Shown piece after piece: positions 8,301 to 17,308 of a DNA stretch of 63,071 bases. The position numbers were made by a program, and so were the translations under genes. Below the pieces are notes generated by a model that did not search any database, was not told where the DNA came from, and saw nothing but the letters and a program-made list of their open reading frames with translations. Numbering within the stretch: the first letter of the stretch is position 1; the number at the start of each line of letters is the position of its first letter. Source of the DNA: Verrucomicrobiales bacterium (GTDB lineage Bacteria; Verrucomicrobiota; Verrucomicrobiia; Limisphaerales; JAFMIX01). The stretch lies in contig JANMJO010000025.1 of NCBI GenBank assembly GCA_031371425.1, forward strand, positions 1 through 63,071. The letters are read 5' to 3'.

Positions 8301-11300
8301 CGACGGGCGCGAAGGCGTCATTCACGGTGAGTGTCAGGCGCGTGGTCACGGTCGTCGGCACGGTGATGTGGTTGCGCGTCGGCACGAAGACGATGCCGCG
8401 CAGTGCGGTAGTGATGTTCGTCGGCGTGCCGGTCATGGTGAACAGGTTGCTCGAGACTGCGGTGAAGCCGCCGAGGTTGGTCAGCGTCTGGTTGTCCGCG
8501 TGGTCGAGCATGATTTTGACGGTCTGCGATTGCAGCGCGTCGTCATCCACGTCGGCGATGACGATGGTGGGGAACGGATTCACGGTCTGTTTGTCGGTGA
8601 TGCTGTAATTGCCCGCGCCGGCCGTGGTCGGCGCATCGTTCACCGCCGTCACCGCTACGGTCGTCAGGTTGGTGACGAGTGTGGTGATGTAGTGATCGTC
8701 AATGGTCAAATTCAAGTGCGTCGTGACCGTCGTCGGCACGATGATGTGGTTTTCCACGGGTGCGAAGATGATGCCCTGCAGCGCCGTGGTGATGGCGGGC
8801 GGCGTGCCGCTCATGGTGAATGTTCCTGCCGGAGATTCCGTGAAGCCGCCGAGGTTTTGCAACGTCTCGTTGTCGAGATGATCCATCACGATGGTCGCGG
8901 TCTGGAGTTGCAGATTATATTCGTCGAGGTCGCCAATGACCATGGTGGCGAAGGGGTGGACGGTCTGCTTGTCGGTGATTGCGGAGTTGGAGCTGCCCAC
9001 AATCGTCGGGATGTCGTTCACGCCAATGACGGTCATCGTCATCGTGTTCGTATCACGGTCCGAACCACGGCGGCTCACCACGACAGTCGCGGTGGCGGTA
9101 AAGAGATTCGCGGAATCATCCTTGAGCGTGTAGGTGAAATGCTCCGTGCCGACGAAGCTGGCGGCGGGCGTGTAAATAATTTTTGTGGCGCCGCTGTTCG
9201 TCATGGCAGAACCGCCGCTGTCGGGCGTGCCGACGGCGATGATGGTGCGCACGGTGTTCGTGTCGGGATAAATCAAATCGTTCGCGCGCACGTCGAGCAA
9301 GTTGGTGACGGAATCGGACAGCACGTTGAAGCGGTCGTTGCGCGGCGCGAGGTCGCCGACAGTGACGGCTACAGAGTTCGTGCCGGCGTTGCCGAACAGG
9401 TCGGTGAAGACGTAGTTGAATTGATCCGTGCCGATGAAGTTCAAGTTGGGCGTGTAGCGCACCCAGTTGTTCGTGGACGTGCCGCTCAGCGTGATGGTCG
9501 CGTGGACGCCGTTGGTTTGCAGGCCTGTGAGGCGGAGCGCGCCGGGCGTCTGCGGGCGGATGTAATCGTTGGGCAACACGAGCAAGGCATTGTTCGCACT
9601 GTCGCGGGCGACTCGGAACGTGTCGGGATTGGACGGCGCGGCGGAATAATCCAGCACGAGCATGTGGACGTGGCCGACGGCGCGCGCCGGGCTGCCATCA
9701 GAAATTTCGTAGGTGAAATCTTCCTGACCGACAAAGCCGCCATTGGTGACGGCGGGTGAATAAATCAAGCCTGTGCCCGCACCATTGATGGTCACGCGGC
9801 CACCGTGGTTCTGCGCGTTGTTGGTGAAGCCGATGCCGGTGATAAACAATGTCTGGCCGAGGTTTGGCAACAACACGTCGTTGACCATCACGGGCAACGT
9901 GTTCGTGCTGTTCTTCACGACGATGAATGTGTCGTCATTCGCAATGAACCCGCTCGGCACGACGCTGACATTCAAATGCGCGGTGGCCGATCCGCCGGCG
10001 TTGTCGGAGATGGTGTAAGTGATGTTCGTCTCCGTGTAATTGTTCGTGAGCGTGGCGGGATGGAACAACACACGCGTGCGCGCGGAGTTGAGGGAGACCG
10101 TGCCGCCCACGCTGTTGTTCGTGACCGAGGTGATGACGAGGTTCGTGTTCGGGCCGGGCAGAATCAAATCGTTCGCCAGCACGTTGAGCGAATTGTTGCC
10201 GCTGGTGGCGATGACGGTGAAGTTGTCGTCCTTTGCCACCGGCGCGTTGGTGACGGCGCGGTCGATCACCATGAGGCTGACGGTGCCTTGCGCGACGAGG
10301 TCGCCGCTCGTGACGGTGTAGGTGAACGTCTCGGCGAACGGCGTGGACGCGGACACACTGGGAATGTATTCGATGGTGTTGCCGGGGCTGTTGCCGTTGA
10401 GTGCCACGCTGCCGCCGTTGCTCGGAGTGCCGAGCGCGGTGACGGTGACTGCGGCGCCGGTGTCGGGGATGAGGCGGTCGTTGAGCAGCACGGCGAGGGA
10501 ATTGGTCGTTCCGCGAGCGATGGTGAAATTATCCGCGACGGCGAACAGGGTGCTCGCGGCGAGCGAGATGGTGACTTGCGCGGTGTCGTTCCAGCCGAGG
10601 CCATCCGCGACGGTGTAGCTGAAGGTTTCATTGCCGACGTAACCGGCGAGCGGGGTGTAGATGATGGCGTTGCTGCTGGCGTTGAGCGTGGCTGTGCCGC
10701 CGTGGTTCGGCGTCGTGATGCTGATGAGGGTGAACACGCCGCCGACGTGGGAGAGGATGGAATCGTTCGCGAGCACGGGCAAAATATTGTTCGTCGGCGT
10801 GGCGGTGACGGCGAAGTTGTCGTCATTCGCGAGGCTCAGGCTGTGATCCATGACGACGTAGCTAATGGTCTCGGTCGTGTTCGTGCCGAACTTCAGGTAG
10901 TCGAACAGATTGGTCGGGTCGTAGCTGAAACTGCCGTCTGCCTTGAAGTTCATCACCACGCCGCCTGCGGTGGTGTTCGTCGCGGGAATGACGCGGAAGG
11001 TATCGTCGGGCGGCAACAAATTGATGTCCGGCTCAATGTCATTCCAAAGAACGCCGGGCGCGTTGGTGGTGAACTTGGTTTCCTCGTCCGTGCTCCATGC
11101 GTCGTGCGCGGAGATGGGATGATCGTTCACGCCCGCGACGGTGATGGTCGCGACGGCGTTGCTCGACAGGCCGAATTCGTCCTGCACGGTGTAGGTGAAG
11201 GTGTCGGCGGCAAATTCCTTATTTGCGAGCGCGTTCAGCGTGGCGGAGTTGGTCGGGTTGTAGATGACCGATGCGCCGACGAGTGTGACCGTCGCGCCGA

Positions 11301-14300
11301 GCGCACTGGGGCTGGTGACGGCGGAGATGTGGAGCGTGTGGCTGTTGTCCACGTCGGTGGCGTTGGCGATCAGGGCGGCGGTGGGGAGGTTCGTGACGGT
11401 GTCTTCGTCGGTGGTGAACATATTCGGATAGGCGATGGGCGAATCATCCACGCCGGTGACGAGGATGGTGATCGAACTGGTGCCGATGGCGCCGTAACGA
11501 TCCGCAACGCTGTAGTAGAACGTGTCGTTGGTGGTGTGCCCGAAATTGAGCGCATTCAAAATCGCCGAGCCGGTCGGATCGTAGGTGATGTGTGTTTCGC
11601 GGCGGTCGAAACGGATGTCCAGCGTGGCCGTCGCGCCGAGCGCGGTGGTGATGGAGACGCGACCGGGGGTGTAGCTGTTCACGTCGCTGATGGCGACGAT
11701 GGCGAGCGTGTTGCTATCGTCGTCGGAGTTCGGGTCGGTATCGTTGGCGATGATGTTCGTGACGGTGGTGAAATCGAGCATGACATCTTCGGGAGTGATG
11801 AGCCGCGCGCTGTTGGCGAGGCTGTCGGGCGCGGGCGTGGGCGCGGAGTTCACGCCGACGATGTTGACGGTGACCTTGGCGGTGGCCTTGGCGAGGTTCT
11901 TGGCGATTTCCGTCGCATCGCTGCCGCGGACGTTGGCGACACCGTTGGAATAATCGAGGATGGAGTAAGCGAACGAGTCCACATAGTTGGTCCCCTGGGG
12001 CAAGCGGGTGATGATCGCGGACGCGGTGGGGTCGTAGCTGATGGACGCGCCGGTGGTGGGCGAGTTGTTGATGATGAGGCGCGCACCAGCGGCACTGAAA
12101 TTTGGCGAAGCACCGGTGCTGTTCGTGGCGGGGCCAACGGCAACGATGCGGATGGTGTCGGTGGCGTCGAGATCCACATCGTTGAGCAGCAAGTCCACGG
12201 GGTCGAGGGGGGTGTGGGCGTCGGTGGCGATGGTCTCGGCGTAAGCGAGCGGCGGCGTGTTGCCGACGCCGAGGAGAGTGCCATTGCCGGCGAAGCCGGG
12301 GTTGCTGAGACGCACGAAGTCAGTCCCGCCGTCGCGAGCGACGGCGCGTTGATAAGGCAGAAACACGCCGATGAACGGCGGCGAGAGAGCGATGGATTGG
12401 TTGGCGATGGCGAGATAATCGGTGTTCGTCGTGTCGGTGCAGGTGAACGCGCCGACGTAATTTGCCTGATAGACCAACTGTCCGTTGGGGTTGTAGAGAG
12501 CGATGAGACCGCTCAAGTTGTCCAAGTTCAGGGTCGCGCCGTTGGTTTGTCTGTGCGTGGCGGAATTCAAAACAACTGTCGTGTTGGTGGACAAGAGCAC
12601 CATGGCTTCGCCGGGCAGCACGACTTCGCTGGTGAAAGTGTGGCGCAAGACGCCGTCCACTTTTACGGTGAAGCCGAGGAAGTTGACCACGGTGGCATCG
12701 CGCGGGACGCAGAACTCGATGAACTCATTGTCGGCGGCGACGGGATTGAAATCGATTTCCTGAATCACGACGCGTTGCGACGCGCCGCGCTCGAACGCGC
12801 CAATGTCCGGGTTGGCGTCGCGGTGATAGCCGCGTTGATCCGTGCCGAGCGAGCCGTAGAACAGAGCGTTGGAAACATTGATGGCCGAACCCAGCGCGAC
12901 GTTCGTGCCGGTGAGGGCGTAGGTGAACGTCGGGCCGCCGTTGTTCGCGAGCGCGGAGAACAGGTTTGTCGCGGCAATATTCCGGTAATCACCGGGCGCG
13001 TGGAAGCAGATGGTGTTGGTCACCGCGCCGCCTTGTGAGAAAATGGAAATCGTGTTGTCGTCGGAAATATTGCCGCCGTAGGAAATGATTGAGCCGGACT
13101 GATCCAGTTCGAGGTTCTTCCCCTGCCCGTCGGCGACGATGGAATTCTGGATGCGGATGACAGTGTCGGCTCTGTTTGGACGGATGGAGGTGCCGCGATT
13201 CGCGGCATCGCGGTTATCGTGGAACGTGCAGCTCAAAACATCTACGGCGAATTCCAGTCCTGGCTCTGCGTTCTCCGCGTAGAGAGCGCCGCCGCCCTCG
13301 CCCACGGAGCAGTTTTGGCGGTTGGTAGCGAACGCGGTGTGGGTGAAGGCGCACGGCCAATGAGTGAAGAGCGAGACGCCGCCGCCGCCAACGCCGAGTT
13401 CCGCGCTGGTGCGGTTGCTCAACACGAGGCAATGATCCATCTGCAAACTGCCGAGGTAAACATCCACGCCACCTCCGTAAACACCGGCTGTGGAATCGCT
13501 GATGGCGCAGTAACTCAAGACGAGGTCGCCATACTCGCTGACCGAGAATGCGCCGCCTGCTTCGGAGGCAAACCCTTTCGTGAATGCAAGGCGGTTCATC
13601 GTTACGCCGGCGTTGATTTGGAAGAGCTGCACGTCGCCGACGCCGTTGGTATCGGAATCGCCGTTGATGGCAAGGCGTTCGGCACCGGGGCCATCGAAGG
13701 TCACATTGCGATCAAGCACGAGCGGAGCAACGAGGCGGATGGTCGCGGGGTAATCCGGCTGGTCGGCCACGGTGGAGCGGATGTCGAAGGAGATGTGGTC
13801 ATTGTTCTTCGCGCTCGCCACGGCGTTACGCAATGTCCCGTTCGTGACGCTCGCCGTGAGGTTGGTCGCGGTGGCATCGTAGTCTGTAAGTTTGGTCACG
13901 AGGTAAACGGTGGGTTTCGCGCGGAGCACCACGGCGTGGTTGACGGTCTTGGAATTCGGCAGCGAGTTCGTAGCACTCACAGTGAAGCCGACCGTCGCCC
14001 CCTGCGCGAGCGTGGCCGCAGGCACGAAGTCCAGTTGCGCGAGCGCGAGCGTGGCGTTGGTGGCTGTGCCGTAGAAATAATAGATGCCGCCACCCCGGTT
14101 TGTGAACCCGGAGGCGACGAGGCTGTTGCTGGTGAACGAACCGAGCGCCACATCGGTGAGCCGCACCACGACACTGACATTGGTGGTGGGGTCGGTCACG
14201 ATGACGCCGGCCATGGCAAAAATATTTGTGCTGATGCTGATGGGGACCGGCTGCTGCAGCGGCACGGTGATGAACGGCCCACCGCTCACGGCGGTGACGC

Positions 14301-16308
14301 GCACCGAGGTGGCGCTGTTGATGGCGACGCCGCCCAATCCGTCACTCAAGTTGATGGTGAAGGTGGTGATTTCGTTCAGGCCGACCGGCACGCGGTTGGG
14401 CGTGGGGATGAAGTCGAGCTGGCGGATGGCGAGCGAGAGGTTGGCCGCATTGGTGGAGAGCACGAAGCCGCCGGCCCCGTTGGTGGTGAAGCCTGACGCC
14501 GCGAGACTGTTGCTGGAGAACGACCCTTTGAGCGCCACGTCCAGTGAGATGGTGCAGGTCACGCGCTGTAAGCCAAGCTCGTCGGCATCGGCGGTGGACA
14601 CGGTCGTAAAGGGCTTCACAGTCTGGTCATCGTTAATCGTCACCTGCGGCGAGATGCCGACGATGATGGGCGCGTCGTTGATGGGACTGACGAGCACGCT
14701 GGTGCTGGTGTCCGGGCCGCGCAATGCCGTGCCGTCCAGCACGGAGATGCTGAAGCTAACGAGTTCGGCGGAGTTGCCGGTGATGCGGTTGGGCGTAGGC
14801 TGGAACAGCAGGCCGCGAATTGCGGCAGTGATCGCCTCGCTGGAATTGGTCATCACATAGACGGACGTGTTGGTCGTGCTGGTGAGGCGTGTAAAACTGC
14901 CGAGGTTGATGAGCAAGCCTTGGTCGTCGTTGGTGACGCCGACTAGGCTGACGCTGGCGACGACGGGATTGCCGTTGCCGCTGGAGATGGACACGGTGGA
15001 GAACGTCGCGACGGTGGAATTATCGTTCACGCTCTGCCCGGCTACTGTGCCGGTGATCTCCGGCGAAATCGTCACGGTGTAGAGGTCGAGGATGATCTGG
15101 TTGGACAGTCCAGTTCCCCCGTGACCGTCGCTGGCAAGGATGGTTAACGCGAGTTGGTTCGTGCCGATTACATCTTGAGTGGGCGCGCGGTAGCTGATGC
15201 TGCGCAGCGTGGCGGAAGCCGCCGAGGGCGAGCCGGTGCCGCTGAAACTCGTGCCGGATGAACCAGACAATTCCAAATGGCCGATCGGCGCGGTGCCGGT
15301 CAGCGTCACGGACCAAGTGAGCGTTTCCCCGACGAGCGGGACGACGGTCAGCACGTCGTTGTCCACCAGTTGCAAGGTGGCCATCGGCGTCAGCACGTTG
15401 CGGGTGCGGACAGAAATGTGGTTGGTGGTGAAGCCGGTCATGCTCGGCTCGTCGTTCACGGAAGTGGAAGTGACCTTGAACACGGAACTCGACACCGGGC
15501 TGGCAGTGTCGTCATCCACGGACACGGTGAAGGTGGTCATCTCGGTGCCACCCACGGGCTTGCGGTTCGGCGTGGGCGTGAAAACCATGCCTTGAATCGC
15601 GGCGCTCACCGTGTTGGCGGCGTTGGAGTAGGTGTAGTTGTTCGTATTATCCGTGAAGCCGTTGAGGGTGGTGAAAGCGCCTTTGGCCGTTGAATCGAGC
15701 GTGATGGTGACGAGCACGGGTTGGGTGCCGCTGTTATCCACGTCGGTGATGGTCGCGGTGTCGAAGACGAGTGTGGTGTTGGTGTCGTCAATCGTGTGCG
15801 TGGGCGAAGCGCCGGGGGTGATGACCGGTGCGTCGTTCACCGGGCTGATGGCGAGCGTCCAAGTATTCGTGCTGGAAAGATTGGAACTCGTGTCCTTCAC
15901 CGTGAGGTGGAACGTGACGTTGGAACTGCTGACGCCGATGGGAATGACGTTGTTGGCGGGCGTGAACACGGCGGCTTGCAGGATGGTTTCCGCGTTGAAC
16001 TCGCTCGTGACGGTGATAGCAAAATGCCTGCTGTTGCCCACAGTCGTACCGCCGCCAAAATTGAGCGAGCCGACGTTCACCGGCGAATAATCAATGAACA
16101 CCGTCGCAACCTGGATGGCGTTCGTGGTGACACGGACGGAGCTGAAGATGTTGACCGGCGTCGTGTCGGTGGTGGTGGTGGGACTGCCGGCGTTGTTGAT
16201 GGACAGCGACGCGGCGTGCGACAGCACGGGCAGCATGAGCAGGGCGGCGAGCGTCAGCAGCGCAAACTTGGGGGTCGCACGGCGGGAGAAGGTGATGGTT
16301 GATTTCAT
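5380..16308 (-). CDS. Giant secreted multidomain adhesin-like protein (about 3642 aa)
   Basis: ORF 5380..16314; the track start is TTG and the ATG at 16308 gives the signal peptide MKSTITFSRRATPKFALLTLAALLMLPVLSHA. Contains many VNDAP-delimited modules of about 125 aa and a parallel beta-helix segment (GGGALYAEN, GGGVSLF). Also a lamin-tail-like segment (VVIQEIDFNPVAADNEFIEFCVP) and a long run of ~95-aa cadherin/Ig-like modules (DD.F.V...N.L.VLAND). Seven FG-GAP-like blades follow (FGYAVGISGDTIVVGA...SGSAYVF), then a dystroglycan-type cadherin-like domain and a C-terminal module ending MFYRAVWP. Confidence 0.9.
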   Translation of the reverse strand: MKSTITFSRRATPKFALLTLAALLMLPVLSHAASLSINNAGSPTTTTDTTPVNIFSSVRVTTNAIQVATVFIDYSPVNVGSLNFGGGTTVGNSRHFAITVTSEFNAETILQAAVFTPANNVIPIGVSSSNVTFHLTVKDTSSNLSSTNTWTLAISPVNDAPVITPGASPTHTIDDTNTTLVFDTATITDVDNSGTQPVLVTITLDSTAKGAFTTLNGFTDNTNNYTYSNAANTVSAAIQGMVFTPTPNRKPVGGTEMTTFTVSVDDDTASPVSSSVFKVTSTSVNDEPSMTGFTTNHISVRTRNVLTPMATLQLVDNDVLTVVPLVGETLTWSVTLTGTAPIGHLELSGSSGTSFSGTGSPSAASATLRSISYRAPTQDVIGTNQLALTILASDGHGGTGLSNQIILDLYTVTISPEITGTVAGQSVNDNSTVATFSTVSISSGNGNPVVASVSLVGVTNDDQGLLINLGSFTRLTSTTNTSVYVMTNSSEAITAAIRGLLFQPTPNRITGNSAELVSFSISVLDGTALRGPDTSTSVLVSPINDAPIIVGISPQVTINDDQTVKPFTTVSTADADELGLQRVTCTISLDVALKGSFSSNSLAASGFTTNGAGGFVLSTNAANLSLAIRQLDFIPTPNRVPVGLNEITTFTINLSDGLGGVAINSATSVRVTAVSGGPFITVPLQQPVPISISTNIFAMAGVIVTDPTTNVSVVVRLTDVALGSFTSNSLVASGFTNRGGGIYYFYGTATNATLALAQLDFVPAATLAQGATVGFTVSATNSLPNSKTVNHAVVLRAKPTVYLVTKLTDYDATATNLTASVTNGTLRNAVASAKNNDHISFDIRSTVADQPDYPATIRLVAPLVLDRNVTFDGPGAERLAINGDSDTNGVGDVQLFQINAGVTMNRLAFTKGFASEAGGAFSVSEYGDLVLSYCAISDSTAGVYGGGVDVYLGSLQMDHCLVLSNRTSAELGVGGGGVSLFTHWPCAFTHTAFATNRQNCSVGEGGGALYAENAEPGLEFAVDVLSCTFHDNRDAANRGTSIRPNRADTVIRIQNSIVADGQGKNLELDQSGSIISYGGNISDDNTISIFSQGGAVTNTICFHAPGDYRNIAATNLFSALANNGGPTFTYALTGTNVALGSAINVSNALFYGSLGTDQRGYHRDANPDIGAFERGASQRVVIQEIDFNPVAADNEFIEFCVPRDATVVNFLGFTVKVDGVLRHTFTSEVVLPGEAMVLLSTNTTVVLNSATHRQTNGATLNLDNLSGLIALYNPNGQLVYQANYVGAFTCTDTTNTDYLAIANQSIALSPPFIGVFLPYQRAVARDGGTDFVRLSNPGFAGNGTLLGVGNTPPLAYAETIATDAHTPLDPVDLLLNDVDLDATDTIRIVAVGPATNSTGASPNFSAAGARLIINNSPTTGASISYDPTASAIITRLPQGTNYVDSFAYSILDYSNGVANVRGSDATEIAKNLAKATAKVTVNIVGVNSAPTPAPDSLANSARLITPEDVMLDFTTVTNIIANDTDPNSDDDSNTLAIVAISDVNSYTPGRVSITTALGATATLDIRFDRRETHITYDPTGSAILNALNFGHTTNDTFYYSVADRYGAIGTSSITILVTGVDDSPIAYPNMFTTDEDTVTNLPTAALIANATDVDNSHTLHISAVTSPSALGATVTLVGASVIYNPTNSATLNALANKEFAADTFTYTVQDEFGLSSNAVATITVAGVNDHPISAHDAWSTDEETKFTTNAPGVLWNDIEPDINLLPPDDTFRVIPATNTTAGGVVMNFKADGSFSYDPTNLFDYLKFGTNTTETISYVVMDHSLSLANDDNFAVTATPTNNILPVLANDSILSHVGGVFTLISITTPNHGGTATLNASSNAIIYTPLAGYVGNETFSYTVADGLGWNDTAQVTISLAASTLFAVADNFTIARGTTNSLAVLLNDRLIPDTGAAVTVTALGTPSNGGSVALNGNSPGNTIEYIPSVSASTPFAETFTYTVTSGDLVAQGTVSLMVIDRAVTNAPVAKDDNFTVIATSGNNSLNVLANDLILPGPNTNLVITSVTNNSVGGTVSLNSARTRVLFHPATLTNNYTETNITYTISDNAGGSATAHLNVSVVPSGFIANDDTFIVVKNSTNTLPVMVNDVLLPNLGQTLFITGIGFTNNAQNHGGRVTINGAGTGLIYSPAVTNGGFVGQEDFTYEISDGSPARAVGHVHMLVLDYSAAPSNPDTFRVARDSANNALLVLPNDYIRPQTPGALRLTGLQTNGVHATITLSGTSTNNWVRYTPNLNFIGTDQFNYVFTDLFGNAGTNSVAVTVGDLAPRNDRFNVLSDSVTNLLDVRANDLIYPDTNTVRTIIAVGTPDSGGSAMTNSGATKIIYTPAASFVGTEHFTYTLKDDSANLFTATATVVVSRRGSDRDTNTMTMTVIGVNDIPTIVGSSNSAITDKQTVHPFATMVIGDLDEYNLQLQTATIVMDHLDNETLQNLGGFTESPAGTFTMSGTPPAITTALQGIIFAPVENHIIVPTTVTTHLNLTIDDHYITTLVTNLTTVAVTAVNDAPTTAGAGNYSITDKQTVNPFPTIVIADVDDDALQSQTVKIMLDHADNQTLTNLGGFTAVSSNLFTMTGTPTNITTALRGIVFVPTRNHITVPTTVTTRLTLTVNDAFAPVVTNAITTVAVTAINDTPTITGTTNYAITDKQTTHPFGSVTIADVDDDALQSQTVTIALDNLDNQTLTSLGGFTAVSSNLFTMTGTPTNLTTALRGIVFVPTPNHIIVPTTETTHLTLTVNDGFAPTVTDTVTTVAITAVNDDPTITNNLNRAITDKQTVQPFSTITVGDVDDDAVQPLAVYISMDHLDNGALQSLGGFTQTAPGQFEIYGTPAAITAALRGIVFAPVPNHIRVPTTETNHLTLFVDDGFILQFVTNLTTVAVTAVNDAPVISGTVAGQTVYSHSSIKPFVSALITEVDNDKTQALRITVTLDSAVKGALSTLGGFSDLGGGVYSYGVSNGTVTAAQATTALRGLVFTPTVASRVAPGTNEVTRFTIRVDDFFAPTVVDSNTTVVAIHPLTAKVTASDRTANAQFGWSVATTRDLAVVGAPRDLTGLGGGAVYLYTRSLDGSNTWTQFKKLVPADGHISDEFGYAVGISGDTIVVGARFTDEFGVNSGSAYVFARNQGGADQWGFVKKLLATGGAGNDQFGSAVSISGNVISVGAPFADAPASDSGAAFVFIQNQGGSNFWGQVKKLVSTDPAGSDHFGYSVAADGTNVLVGSPQADFVGRSDAGAAYLFSRNQDGAEQWGFVKKLASADGLAADNFGNAVAISGETIAVGAPLADITTLGDAGAAYVFSQNQGGSNVWGQLRKLTAPVPAISDRFGLALALSVNKLVVGAPLTDGSSADFGAAYLFAQHQGGSNTWGQVDKFLPAAVGFSDNFGCSVAVYRGTVVAGAYNGLDAGVRGGTAYMFRLKYNNAPLVVTPLVDQTVTPSTPLAYTVPAGTFSDPDVEDALTLGLDLGLAVPAWLNFDAISGAFSGTPNAIGNYPVGVVATDTDGASATNQFSIHVMAVPNIYCTLKMGAQVFGDNQFAVVTLNGVAGTTYRLQRTASLSGTVVWTEVASGTTDGGGEIIFYDSNPPSPMFYRAVWP
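7113..9030. repeat. Five tandem 378-bp (126-aa) coding repeats inside the giant adhesin gene
   Basis: Units start at VIGVNDIPTIVG, AVNDAPTTAG, AINDTPTITG, AVNDDPTITN and AVNDAPVISG. The motif ggcgtgccggtcatggtgaacag recurs at 8045 and 8423 (378-bp period), with a variant near 8801. Units 2 and 3 are near-identical over long stretches. Confidence 0.85.
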
Positions 16309-16316
16309 GTGCAATT

Positions 16317-17288
16317 TCAGTGTGTAACGGGCAGAGATGGCGGCACGGCATCGGCGGCTTTCGCCACAGACTGCGTGGGATAATCCACGCGGGACAACAG
16401 TTGGGAATCAGTCTGAACCTTCGCCGCTGCGCGGAGCGACGCGCGGAAATCGGCGGTCACACGCTCGCGCTTGGCGAGCAGCAACTGGTGTTCGAGGTTG
16501 CCCTGCGCGGCTTCGAGCGGCGTGATGACGGCATCGCGGGCGTCCATTTTTTTTACGATATAAAAACCGTCCTTGGCTTGCAGGACGCCGCTGATGTCGC
16601 CGATATTTTTCAACGCGAGACCGGCGGCGAGAATTTCTTTCGGCCAGCGGCCAAACAGATTGTCGTCGCTGAACCAACCCGCTTCGCCACCGCGATAACG
16701 CCCCACCTGATCCTCGGAAAATTTCGCCGCGACTTGGCCGAAGTCTTTTTCGGCGGCGGGCAACGCGAGCGCGAGCGTGTGCGCCTCGCCGGCGCGGGCG
16801 GAAATTTCCGCAACCTGATTCGTGTTCATCTTGGAATTCGCCGCGAGAAAAATCATGGCGAGGTGCGACTTGGCCGGCTGGGTGAAGCGCGCACGGTTCG
16901 CGGCGTAGGCGGCGCGGATTTCTTCGGGTGAAACTTTCACTGCGGCGACTTGCGGCGCGAGTTTGGTGTCCTTGAACTTGGCGATGAGCGCGAGTTCGGT
17001 GGCGTGCCGGACCTCGTCGGAATTTTCCAGACCGGCGGCGCGTGCGCGTTGCACGAGCGCGAGGCGGGCAATCATCTCTTCGAGCAACGCCTCGCGCGAC
17101 GGGATGAGCAGGTGGCTGGCGGTGCGACGTTGCACCTCGGCCTTGAAATCCTGAACGGTGATCTGCTGTTCGCCGACACGTGCGAGCACATCCGCCGGCA
17201 GCTTCTTCCCGCAGCCCGCCGTCAAAGCCAGCGTCGCCAAGGCCGCGATGGCGGCTGGGCAACAAAGGTTTTGCACGAAGGTTTTCAT
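16317..17288 (-). CDS. Parvulin-type peptidyl-prolyl cis-trans isomerase lipoprotein (PpiC/PrsA/SurA-like)
   Basis: Lipobox LALTAGC after MKTFVQNLCCPAAIAALAT. PPIC-type domain (SHLAMIF..., FGQVAAKFSEDQVGRYRGGEAGWF, ISGVLQAKDGFYIVKK). The stop lies 8 nt before the giant adhesin start. Confidence 0.85.
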   Translation of the reverse strand: MKTFVQNLCCPAAIAALATLALTAGCGKKLPADVLARVGEQQITVQDFKAEVQRRTASHLLIPSREALLEEMIARLALVQRARAAGLENSDEVRHATELALIAKFKDTKLAPQVAAVKVSPEEIRAAYAANRARFTQPAKSHLAMIFLAANSKMNTNQVAEISARAGEAHTLALALPAAEKDFGQVAAKFSEDQVGRYRGGEAGWFSDDNLFGRWPKEILAAGLALKNIGDISGVLQAKDGFYIVKKMDARDAVITPLEAAQGNLEHQLLLAKRERVTADFRASLRAAAKVQTDSQLLSRVDYPTQSVAKAADAVPPSLPVTH

Positions 17289-17308
17289 CGGGAGTTTTCG
17301 GTGGCGGT

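Noticed and set aside
7113-9030. Possible CRISPR array, considered because of regular tandem repeats. The heptamer arrays at 3091-3125, 53764-53791 and 54173-54207 were considered too.
   Set aside because: The 378-bp units are coding modules of one ORF. The heptamers have no spacers. No repeat-spacer architecture or cas genes occur anywhere in the window.
9805-13038. 1077-aa plus-strand ORF. Similar long ORFs occur at 7111-9759, 13219-14496, 17180-19168, 22385-24100, 770-1843, 43618-45162 and 59184-60746.
   Set aside because: All lie antisense to, or out of frame with, strongly supported genes. Their products are Arg/Gly/Asp/Val-rich low-complexity sequence typical of stop-free shadow frames in GC-rich DNA.
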